Shown: positions 1-7,836 of the stretch, piece by piece
Numbering within the stretch: position 1 is the stretch's first letter
Layout: the number at the start of each line of letters is the position of its first letter
DNA from: an uncultured delta proteobacterium
Lineage (GTDB): Bacteria; Myxococcota_A; UBA9160; UBA4427
NCBI GenBank assembly: GCA_963822965.1
Contig: CAWGJT010000012.1
Coordinates: 416,001-480,000 of the forward strand
DNA: 64,000 bases
Direction of reading: 5' to 3'
Position numbers and translations under genes: made by a program
The notes under the pieces: model-generated
Databases searched by the model: none
What the model saw: only the letters and a program-made list of their open reading frames with translations
Told to the model about the DNA's origin: nothing

Positions 1-303
1 GGCATGCGCCTCGAGACCGACCCCGCGGTGATCTACGGGATCGAGAACTTCGACGGCAACCTTCGCAAGCGCGACCTGCGCGACAAGAGCAACCCCTACA
101 ACACGTACCAGTTCGCCGGCCTGCCGCCGGGGCCGATCGCCAATCCCGGGGTCGATTCGTTGCGGGCGGTGGTGGAGCCCGCCGAGACCGACTACCTCTA
201 CTTCGTTTCGCGCAACGACGGGACCCACGAGTTCTCGCGCACCTACCGCGAGCACGTGAACGCCGTGAACCGCTACCAGAAGCGAAGGAGCGCCAGTCGA
301 TGA
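1..303 (+). CDS. mltG: Endolytic transglycosylase MltG, C-terminal part (5' truncated by window)
   Basis: MRLETDPAVIYG...NPYNTY...GLPPGPIANPG...YLYFVS motifs typical of the YceG/MltG C-terminus. Confidence 0.9.
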   Translation, partial: GMRLETDPAVIYGIENFDGNLRKRDLRDKSNPYNTYQFAGLPPGPIANPGVDSLRAVVEPAETDYLYFVSRNDGTHEFSRTYREHVNAVNRYQKRRSASR

Positions 304-926
304 GTGCCGACCCCCAGGACTTCTACGCGCGCCGGGTGCCCGCCCAGTGGAACCGCATCCTCGAAGACCAGGAGCGCTCCGCGAAGAGCGGCGACGAGAC
401 GGCGGCCCGCGTCCTGGAGGGCATGCGGGGGGTCGACGCGACCATTCGCGTACACGTGCGGGGGGACGACGAGCAGCGCTTCCACCTGAACGTGGCCGCG
501 GGACGCATGCGCGTAGAGGACGCGGACGCCCATCCGCCGTTCATGACCCTGGTGCACGACCGCGCCGCATTCGACGTGTTGGAGCGGGAGTCCGGCGACT
601 CGGTCCTCGCCTTCCTCGGGGGCCTGGCGGGCCTCGAAGAGGCCATGAAGCTCACCGCCGGCCGCATGCGCAACCTGGCGGGTCTCGCGGGCACGTTGCG
701 CTTCGCGCTCACGGGCGCCGGCGGCTTCACCCTGCTCGTCCACTTCGGCGAGGGCGAAGTGAGCGACGAGCCGAAGTGCAGCCTGGAGGTGGAACGCGAG
801 GCCTACGAGAAGCTGCGCCGGGGCGAGCTCAATCCCCAGGAAGCCTTCATGAACCAGCAGATCTCGATCCAGGGAGACATGCAGATGGCCATGCAGCTCG
901 CCCTGGCGGCGATGACGCCGGATTAG
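300..926 (+). CDS. SCP2 sterol/lipid-binding domain protein
   Basis: ATGA overlap with mltG stop; C-terminal GELNPQEAFMNQQISIQGDMQMAMQL is SCP2-like. Confidence 0.7.
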   Translation: MSADPQDFYARRVPAQWNRILEDQERSAKSGDETAARVLEGMRGVDATIRVHVRGDDEQRFHLNVAAGRMRVEDADAHPPFMTLVHDRAAFDVLERESGDSVLAFLGGLAGLEEAMKLTAGRMRNLAGLAGTLRFALTGAGGFTLLVHFGEGEVSDEPKCSLEVEREAYEKLRRGELNPQEAFMNQQISIQGDMQMAMQLALAAMTPD

Positions 927-952
927 CGGACGAACCCGCAGGATTCGTCCGC
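926..952. terminator. Inverted repeat between convergent genes (possible bidirectional terminator)
   Basis: GCGGACGAA...TTCGTCCGC 9-bp stem right after the stop codon; no U-tract. Confidence 0.4.
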
Positions 953-1027
953 GGCGGAACCGCCGCCCGGGACTTCGTCTCGGGTCGCGCTCCTGGCTCG
1001 CGGCCGATCTCGTCCGCCGCGCCCCCG

Positions 1028-2065
1028 CTAGACCAGCGCCACCTCGCGCAGCAGGGCGATGTCGTCCAGCGCGCGGCCGGCGCCGTGGACCACGGCCGTG
1101 TAGGGATCCTCGCTGCGCAGGATCGGCAGCTTGGTCTCCTGGCGGAGCAGGTGGTCGAGGTCGCGGAGCAGCGAGCCTCCCCCCACGAGCATGATGCCGC
1201 GGTCCACGATGTCCGCGGCGAGCTCGGGCGGGGTCTTCTCCAGGGTGAGGTGCACGGTCTCGACGATCGCGTGGATCGGCTCGACGAGGGCCTCTCGCAC
1301 CTCCTCGCTGGTGGTCACCACCACCTTGGGAATTCCCGCGACGAGGTCGCGACCCTTGATCTCCATGGTGGTGGGCTTGCTCTCGGGGCTGGCGGTACCG
1401 ATGGTCATCTTGACCTGCTCGGCGGTCCGCTCCCCGATCAACATGTTGTACTTGCGCTTCACGTAGTTGATGATCGCCTCGTCCATCTTGTCGCCGCCGG
1501 TGCGGATCGACCGCGACGTCACGATGCCCGAGAGCGAGATCACGGCGACGTCGGTGGTGCCGCCGCCGATGTCCACCACCATGTTGCCCGTCGGCGCCGT
1601 GACGTCGAGTCCCGCACCGATGGCCGCGGCCATCGGCTCCTCGATCAGGAACACCTCCCGGGCGCCGGCCGAGAGTGCCGACTCGCGAACCGCGCGCTTC
1701 TCGACGCTCGTGATGCACGGCGGGACGCAGATCACGATGCGCGGCCGCGCCAGGGTGCGGCGATTGTGGGCGCGGTGGATGAAGTAGCGCAGCATCGCCT
1801 CGGTGATCTCGAAGTCCGCGATCACGCCGTCCTTGATGGGGCGAATCGCGTTGATCGATCCCGGCGTGCGGCCCAGCATCTCCTTGGCCTCGTGACCGAC
1901 GGCGAGCACCTTCTGGCCGCGGCCCTGCTTGTCCTCCATCACGGCGACGACGGAGGGCTCGGAGCAGACGAGGCCCTTGCCCTTGCTGTAGACCAGGGTG
2001 TTCGCAGTCCCGAGATCGATGGCGAGATCGTGGGAGAACCAGCCGGCAATCGCGTCCAGGAGCAT
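1028..2065 (-). CDS. mreB: Rod shape-determining actin MreB
   Basis: DLAIDLGTANTLVY, IRPIKDGVIADF, EEPMAAAIGAG, VVDIGGGTTDVA, LEKTPPELAADI. Confidence 0.97.
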   Translation of the reverse strand: MLLDAIAGWFSHDLAIDLGTANTLVYSKGKGLVCSEPSVVAVMEDKQGRGQKVLAVGHEAKEMLGRTPGSINAIRPIKDGVIADFEITEAMLRYFIHRAHNRRTLARPRIVICVPPCITSVEKRAVRESALSAGAREVFLIEEPMAAAIGAGLDVTAPTGNMVVDIGGGTTDVAVISLSGIVTSRSIRTGGDKMDEAIINYVKRKYNMLIGERTAEQVKMTIGTASPESKPTTMEIKGRDLVAGIPKVVVTTSEEVREALVEPIHAIVETVHLTLEKTPPELAADIVDRGIMLVGGGSLLRDLDHLLRQETKLPILRSEDPYTAVVHGAGRALDDIALLREVALV

Positions 2066-2235
2066 CGAGCGTTTCCCTCCAGGGCCGGATCGGCCGCCGG
2101 GCTGCGGCCGCGCTGCGCCCTGTGAGGCTCATCGGCAAGAGACGGAAACGGTTGAGTGGAAATGGCCGTAAGCGCCGGGAACCCGACCCGAAACGGCAGC
2201 CGCGGTGACGGGGGCCACCGCGGGAGCCCGAAGCG

Positions 2236-2787
2236 CTACTCGGCGGGCGGCCCCTCGGACCGGCTGACGGACCCAGCCGCCTCCGCGCCACCCGCGGGTG
2301 CCTCGGGGCTTCCGGGGGAAGCCGGCGGGGTCTCCGCGGTGTCGGGCGCCACGATCTCCTGGAGCACCCGGATCCGGTCCGCCAGCTCGCCCACGTGGCT
2401 TCGCACGACGCCCATGCGGCGTTCGTAGGCCGCCAGGCTGCGGCGGACCGTCTGCAGCTCGGCGTCCAGGCTGTCGGCCCGCGCCTGGAGCTCCGAGGCC
2501 CGCTGGCGCTCGGAGACGTAGCCCAGCAGCAGGATCACGGCGGCCAGCACGAGCAGGATCGAGAGCCAGGGGGGCCGGCGCTTCTCGGCCTGCGGGGAGG
2601 CGGCAGAGGGCCGCTCGGGCTTGCCAGACGCGGGGGACTTCTCCGACCCGGGGGGCTTCTCCGACCCGGCGACCGGAGCCTGCCCGGTCGAGCGGGAGGC
2701 CTCGCCGGCCCCGGGGAGCCGCTCGTCGCCGGCCGGCGCGCGGGGGACGGCCCGCAGACCCGATTCCCGGTCCGGGTCCGGGCTCAC
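2236..2787 (-). CDS. Hypothetical single-pass membrane protein with coiled coil
   Basis: GTG start overlaps the pafA TGA (GTGA); disordered N-terminus, TM segment WLSILLVLAAVILLLGYV, then heptad-like ELQARADSLDAELQTVRRSL. Confidence 0.65.
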   Translation of the reverse strand: MSPDPDRESGLRAVPRAPAGDERLPGAGEASRSTGQAPVAGSEKPPGSEKSPASGKPERPSAASPQAEKRRPPWLSILLVLAAVILLLGYVSERQRASELQARADSLDAELQTVRRSLAAYERRMGVVRSHVGELADRIRVLQEIVAPDTAETPPASPGSPEAPAGGAEAAGSVSRSEGPPAE

Positions 2788-4194
2788 GACTGGATGACGA
2801 GCTTGGAGAGGCTCGTCTTGCGCAGATTCGTCTTCTGAATGGTGCGCACCAGCTCGGCCACCTTCTCGGTGTCGCTCTCGAAGGGATTGTTGCAGATGAC
2901 GCGGACGTTCAGCAGGTTGCCCAGGCGGATGTTCGACCAGTCGAGGTCGTACTGGATCGAGTTCTGCCGCGCGAGCTTGATGAACTCGCCCCGCATGCGG
3001 GCGCGCGTATCCGGCGGCGGCTCGGTCTTGGCCCGGTCGACGGACTCGTCGTCGAAGACGCGCTCCACGGCGCCCGCCCGCTCGAGCAGGTAGTAGAGAC
3101 CGCGGTCCCGCTGGATGTCGTGGTACTGCAGGTCCATCATGAAGACGCGCGGGTCGTTCCAGCCCGTGCCCTTCTTCTCGATGTAGCGTTCGAGCATGTG
3201 CCGCTTGATGACCCAGTCCACCTCGCGGTCGAGCTTGCTCGGATCGTCCACCAGGCAGTCGAGCACGTACTGCCACATGCCGACGGCGTCGCTTGCTGCT
3301 CGTCGTTCACCGGGTACTGCTCGATGTACTTCTGCGCCATCTCGCAGTATTCGCGCTGGATCTCGATGGGCGAGTACTCGCGGCCGTTGTCCAGGCGCAA
3401 GCTGGCGCTTGCAGGTGGTGTCGTAGGAGATGTCCTTGATGGCCTTCACCGGGTTGCGCAGGGTGAAGTCCTTGTTGATGTAGTTGTCCTCGATCATCTG
3501 GAGGACCACCGCGCAGGTACCGATCTTCAGGAAGTTCGTGTACTCGCTCATGTTCGAGTCGCCCACGATCACGTGCAGGCGGCGATACTTCTCGCGGTCC
3601 GCGTGGGGCTCGTCTCGCGTGTTGATGATCGAGCGGTCGTTGGTCGTGGTGCCCGAGATCTTCTGGTAGATGTGCTGCGCGCGCTGGCTGATGCAGTAGT
3701 GCACGCCGTCCTGGGTCTGGAAGACCTTCCCGGCGCCCGTGTAGATCTGGCGGGTGACGAGGAACGGGATCAGCTGCTCGGCGAGGTAGTAGAAGTCGAC
3801 GTCCCGATCGACGAGGTAGTTCTCGTGGCAGCCGTAGCTGTTGCCCACGAAGTCGGTGTTGTTCTTGAAGATCGAGAGCTTCCCCGCGATGCGCTCCTCG
3901 CGGATCTTCTCCTCGGCGTAGCCTGCAGGTCCTCGAGGATGCGCTCGCCCGCCTTGTCGTAGACGATGAGCTGCGAAGGGCGAGGCGCACTCGGGCGTGG
4001 CGTACTCGGGATGGCAGCCGGTGTCCTGGTAGAAGCGGGCGCCGTTCTCGAGGAAGACGTTCAGGAAGTGCTCGGTGGTGATGAGCTTCTCGAAGAGGAA
4101 GCGAATCGCCTTCTCGACGGGCAGCGTCTTGCGACCTTCCGGCGTGAAGATGATGCCGTACTCGGTCTCGATCTCCGTAGATTCGCTTCTGCAA
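2784..4194 (-). CDS. pafA: Pup-protein ligase PafA (about 5 single-base frameshifts)
   Basis: Reconstructed across frames: RIYG-IETEYG, FLENGARFYQDTGCHPEYATPEC, KNNTDFVGNSYGCHENY, INTRDEPHADREKYRRLHVIVGDSNMSE, DLQYHDI, PPPDTRARMRGEFI; shifts near 4174, 3977, 3922, 3399, 3290. Confidence 0.9.
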
Positions 4195-4257
4195 CGGTTC
4201 GCCCCGGCCCTCTCAGACTCCGATGCTGCCGGTCGAGGGCGAGGATCGCACCCCCCT

Positions 4258-4956
4258 TCAACCGTCCAACATATCTTGTACCTGATCGGCGGAAAGCCGC
4301 ACGAACTTTCGTCCGTCGCGCTTCCGGTCGAGCAGGCAGACCTCCAGGTCGTGCACCCCCAGGCTCGAGCTGCCGCTGCTGCCCGCCTCGAGGGCGCGCT
4401 TGGCGAGCTTGAAGGCCTCCCCCGCGGGCAGATCGTCCCGGTAGCTGTCTTTCAGGACGTTCTGGACGTCGTCCACGTTCCCGCCGATCACGCAGAAGCC
4501 CTTGTGATCGCTGATGAAGCCGTCGAACTTCACGCGGTAGATGGCGTTCTGCTCGTGGCCGGCGAAGCGGTCGTCTCCCACCTCGGCGAGGATCACCTCC
4601 ATCTCGAGGGGCTTGATCTCCCGGGTGAAGACCTCGCCGATCGCCTGGGAGTAGGCGTTGGCGAGGGCCTTCGCGCGCACGTCCTCGCGGCTGTACGCGT
4701 AGCCCTTGGTGTCCGCGAAGCGGACGCCGAGCTTCCGCAGCTGGTCGAACTCGCTGAACTTGCCGACGCCTGCGAAGGCGACGCGGTCGTAGATCTCCCC
4801 GATCTTCTGCAGCTCGGTGGTGTTCTCGGCCATCAGCAGCACGCCACCCGAGAACTCGAGCGCCACGATCGAGTTGCCGCGGGCGATTCCCTTGCGAGCG
4901 AACTCGGCCTTGTCGGCCATCAGCTGCTCGGGTGAAACGTAGTACGGCATGCTCAC
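4258..4956 (-). CDS. prcA: 20S proteasome alpha subunit
   Basis: (M)SMPYYVSPEQLMADKAEFARKGIARG and KIGEIYDRVAFAGVGKFSEFDQLR resemble actinobacterial PrcA; GTG overlaps the prcB stop. Confidence 0.93.
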   Translation of the reverse strand: MSMPYYVSPEQLMADKAEFARKGIARGNSIVALEFSGGVLLMAENTTELQKIGEIYDRVAFAGVGKFSEFDQLRKLGVRFADTKGYAYSREDVRAKALANAYSQAIGEVFTREIKPLEMEVILAEVGDDRFAGHEQNAIYRVKFDGFISDHKGFCVIGGNVDDVQNVLKDSYRDDLPAGEAFKLAKRALEAGSSGSSSLGVHDLEVCLLDRKRDGRKFVRLSADQVQDMLDG

Positions 4957-5759
4957 GACGCGGCACCTCCCTGCTCGACTGCGTCCGCTCGCCGGGCGAG
5001 CATCTCGTTGTACGCGGCCTCGATGTCTTCGTCGGAGATCTGCTCGATCCCCTGCTGGGACGCGCACATCACGATGGGGAAGATGCGTCGCTGAAGATCG
5101 ACGCCCCCCGTCGCCCGGTCCTCGTCGGCCGCGGCCGTCAGTGCCTGCAGCGCACAGCGAAGCGAGTCGTCGCGCGTGAGTCCCCGGTGCCAGCTCTGCT
5201 TGAGCGACTCGCGGGCATACAGCCCGCCGGAGCCCGTCGCGTCGAACTCGGTCTCCTCGTAGCGGCCGCCCGTCACGTCGAACTTCCAGAGACGGCCGAC
5301 CTTGCGGCGCAGATCGAAGCCGGCGAAGAGCGGGATCACGGCCAGGCCCTGCATCGCCGCGGGCAGGTTCTGCCGGATCATCTGGGAGAGCTTGTTGGCC
5401 TTCCCCTCCAAGCCGAGGGACTCGCCCTCGATCTTCTCATAGTGCTCGAGCTCCACCGAGAGGATCTTGGCCATCTCGATCGAGGGGCCGGCGGCTCCGG
5501 AAATCGCCATCATCGAGTAGGCGTCGGTTCGGAAGACCTTCTGGACGTCGCGCGACGCGACCATGTGGCCGGCGGTCGCCAGACGATCGCCCGCCACGAC
5601 CACGCCGCCGTCGAACTTGAAGGCGATGACCGTGGTGCCGTGGGGGACGTGGCGGGCGAGCTCTTTCAGGTCACCCTTCAGATCGGGAAGCAATTGCGGG
5701 CAATCGACCTGCAAGAGCTCCAGGAAGCTGGAGCCCTGGTAGGTATTCCAGAACCGCAC
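4953..5759 (-). CDS. prcB: 20S proteasome beta subunit (Ntn threonine protease with propeptide)
   Basis: Propeptide with SSFLELL...PQLLP, cleavage site PHG|TTV, AGDRLAT, ATGSGG, DEDRATGG. Confidence 0.94.
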   Translation of the reverse strand: MRFWNTYQGSSFLELLQVDCPQLLPDLKGDLKELARHVPHGTTVIAFKFDGGVVVAGDRLATAGHMVASRDVQKVFRTDAYSMMAISGAAGPSIEMAKILSVELEHYEKIEGESLGLEGKANKLSQMIRQNLPAAMQGLAVIPLFAGFDLRRKVGRLWKFDVTGGRYEETEFDATGSGGLYARESLKQSWHRGLTRDDSLRCALQALTAAADEDRATGGVDLQRRIFPIVMCASQQGIEQISDEDIEAAYNEMLARRADAVEQGGAAS

Positions 5760-5912
5760 GGTCTCTCCCCCCCATAACCGTCATGGCTTCGCCATGGCGC
5801 ACCGAACCCGTGTCGGTGGAGCCGATCCCCAAGAAGAGCGGACGCCTACAGGGCGCCCGGTCGGAACACGGCCCATGCAGGCCGCGCGCGCTACCGGCCT
5901 TCGCCCGTCCGC

Positions 5913-6185
5913 CTACTGGCCACCGCGTTGGACGTAGTTCTTGACGAACTCCTCGGCGTTCTCCTCGAGGACGGCGTCGATCTCGTCCACGAGGTTGTCC
6001 ATCTCTTCCTTCAGATCTTCGCCCTTCTTGGCCATCTTCTGGGCGCCGTCGCCCTTGGCCTCGGACTCGTCTCCGCCGCCGCCGCCCTTCGTCTTGGACT
6101 TCTGGGAGGCGTCGGCCGCGCGATAGAGCGGAAGCTCCTGCGCGTCTCCTCGACGCACGTTTCTCGGGTCCTGGATGACTCGCAT
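5913..6185 (-). CDS. pup: Prokaryotic ubiquitin-like protein Pup (C-terminal GGQ)
   Basis: C-terminus DNLVDEIDAVLEENAEEFVKNYVQRGGQ is the Pup signature; located between dop and prcB; AAGGAG RBS. Confidence 0.95.
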   Translation of the reverse strand: MRVIQDPRNVRRGDAQELPLYRAADASQKSKTKGGGGGDESEAKGDGAQKMAKKGEDLKEEMDNLVDEIDAVLEENAEEFVKNYVQRGGQ

Positions 6186-6224
6186 GGCGGCTCCTTCCTT
6201 CTCCCCTCACCGGGTTGCGCGCGG

Positions 6225-7712
6225 TCAGGCGCGGAGATTGACCATCAGCTCCTCGGCGGTCGACGACCGATCCAGCAGCTCTTCGACGTGCACCCGCGAC
6301 CCCTTCAGCGGCTCGGCCATCATGACCCGCTTGATCGGCTCGTCCCCGTCCGCGAACGAGATCGAATCCCAGTTCACACCGAACACCTGGTCGGGATAGC
6401 GGCGAAGGCACTCTCCCCGGAAGTATGCACGCGTGTCCTCCGGCGGGGTGTGGATCGCAGCCGTGATCTCCTCGTCCCGGACGATGCGCACGACCCGGCC
6501 CTGGCGTTCGAGCATGTAATATAGCCCCTTGTCCGGGCGGGTGTCGTGGAACTGAAGGTCGAGCATCGAGACCTGCGAGGACTGCCAGTCCAGGCCCTTC
6601 CGTTCCATGAAGCTCTCGATCATCGCCTTCTTGATCACCCAGTCGATCTTCTCCGAGAGCTCCATCGGGTCGCGCTCCAGGCGCTCCAGGGCGTCGCCCC
6701 ACTTGTCGAGCACGTCGGACATCCAGGCCGGGGCGTTCGCCCGGGCCGAGGTGTAGGAGAGCGCGAGGTCCAGGAACTCCTTCTGGATCTGAACGGCCGT
6801 CATCTTCTTGCCGTTGTCGAGCTGCAGCTCGAGCTTGCACGACGGGTCGTGGGAGACCTGCTTGATCGCCTTCACCGGGTCGCGCAGGACGAGGTCCTTG
6901 TGGATGGCCCCGTCCTCGATCATCTGCAGCACGATGGCCGTCGCGCCGTTGCGCAGGTAGATCGTGTACTCACTCATGTTCGAGTCGCCCACGATCACGT
7001 GCAAGCGGCGGTACTTCTCGCGGTCCGCGTGAGGCTCGTCACGGGTGTTGATGATGGGGCGCTTGACCATCGTATCGAGCGCGACCTCGGTCTCGAAGAA
7101 GTCCGCCCGCTGGGAGAGCTGGTAGTCGCACGGGTGACCGCGGTTCTCGCTGCCCACCTTGCCCGCGCCGGTGTAGATCTGACGGGTGGTGAAGAACGGC
7201 AGCAGGTGCTCGACGATCTGCTTGAACGACGTGCGCCGGTCCATCAGGTAGTTCTCGTGCGAGCCGTAGCTGTTGCCCTTGCGATCGCTGTTGTTCTTGT
7301 AGACGAGCATCGTGGCGCCGGGCGGGAGGAGCCCCGTCGCTTCACGCCGGCTGATCTCCAGGATGCGCTCGCCGGCCTTCTCGTGGACCACGAGGTCGCG
7401 CGGATTCGTCACCTCGGGGCACGAGTACTCGGGATGCGCGTGATCGACGTAGTAGCGGGCGCCGTTGATCAGCGTCTTGTTGCGGGCGATGTTCTCCTGC
7501 TGGTTCGGCGTGTACTTCTCGCCGTCCACCTGGAAGCCGCGGGCATCGGCCAGGGGATTCTCCTGGTCGTAGTCCCACAGGATCTCGCCGGCGGGATCCT
7601 CGCGGTAGGCGTTCACGAGCAGGACACAGCTCGAGATCGGATCGAAGTCGGGATCGTTCTTGACCATGATCCCGTACTCGATCTCGGTGCCCATGATGGA
7701 GGTGATGGCCAT
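6225..7712 (-). CDS. dop: Pup deamidase/depupylase Dop
   Basis: IMGTEIEYGI, WDYDQENPLADARGF (Dop-type loop), NGARYYVDHAHPEYS, SQRADFFETEV, TRAYFRGECL. Confidence 0.93.
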   Translation of the reverse strand: MAITSIMGTEIEYGIMVKNDPDFDPISSCVLLVNAYREDPAGEILWDYDQENPLADARGFQVDGEKYTPNQQENIARNKTLINGARYYVDHAHPEYSCPEVTNPRDLVVHEKAGERILEISRREATGLLPPGATMLVYKNNSDRKGNSYGSHENYLMDRRTSFKQIVEHLLPFFTTRQIYTGAGKVGSENRGHPCDYQLSQRADFFETEVALDTMVKRPIINTRDEPHADREKYRRLHVIVGDSNMSEYTIYLRNGATAIVLQMIEDGAIHKDLVLRDPVKAIKQVSHDPSCKLELQLDNGKKMTAVQIQKEFLDLALSYTSARANAPAWMSDVLDKWGDALERLERDPMELSEKIDWVIKKAMIESFMERKGLDWQSSQVSMLDLQFHDTRPDKGLYYMLERQGRVVRIVRDEEITAAIHTPPEDTRAYFRGECLRRYPDQVFGVNWDSISFADGDEPIKRVMMAEPLKGSRVHVEELLDRSSTAEELMVNLRA

Positions 7713-7836
7713 GTCGCTCCCATTCTCGATCCCGGCCGGGCCGGCTCCACGAGGGCTTTCGGAGTCGGAGCGTGCCCGGCGCCGGAGCCCACGATTCTAC
7801 CGTGGGCCCTGACGCCGGCTGGACTGCACCCTTCGA

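Noticed and set aside
5913..6185. Calling the modifier UBact rather than Pup
   Set aside because: The C-terminal DEIDAVLEENAEEFVKNYVQRGGQ matches the Pup pattern closely.
3540..7055. Near-identical ~90-nt segments in pafA (3540-3630) and dop (6965-7055) as gene conversion
   Set aside because: They encode the INTRDEPHAD...RRLHVIVGD motif that is strongly conserved between Dop and PafA, and the differences are synonymous, so constraint suffices.
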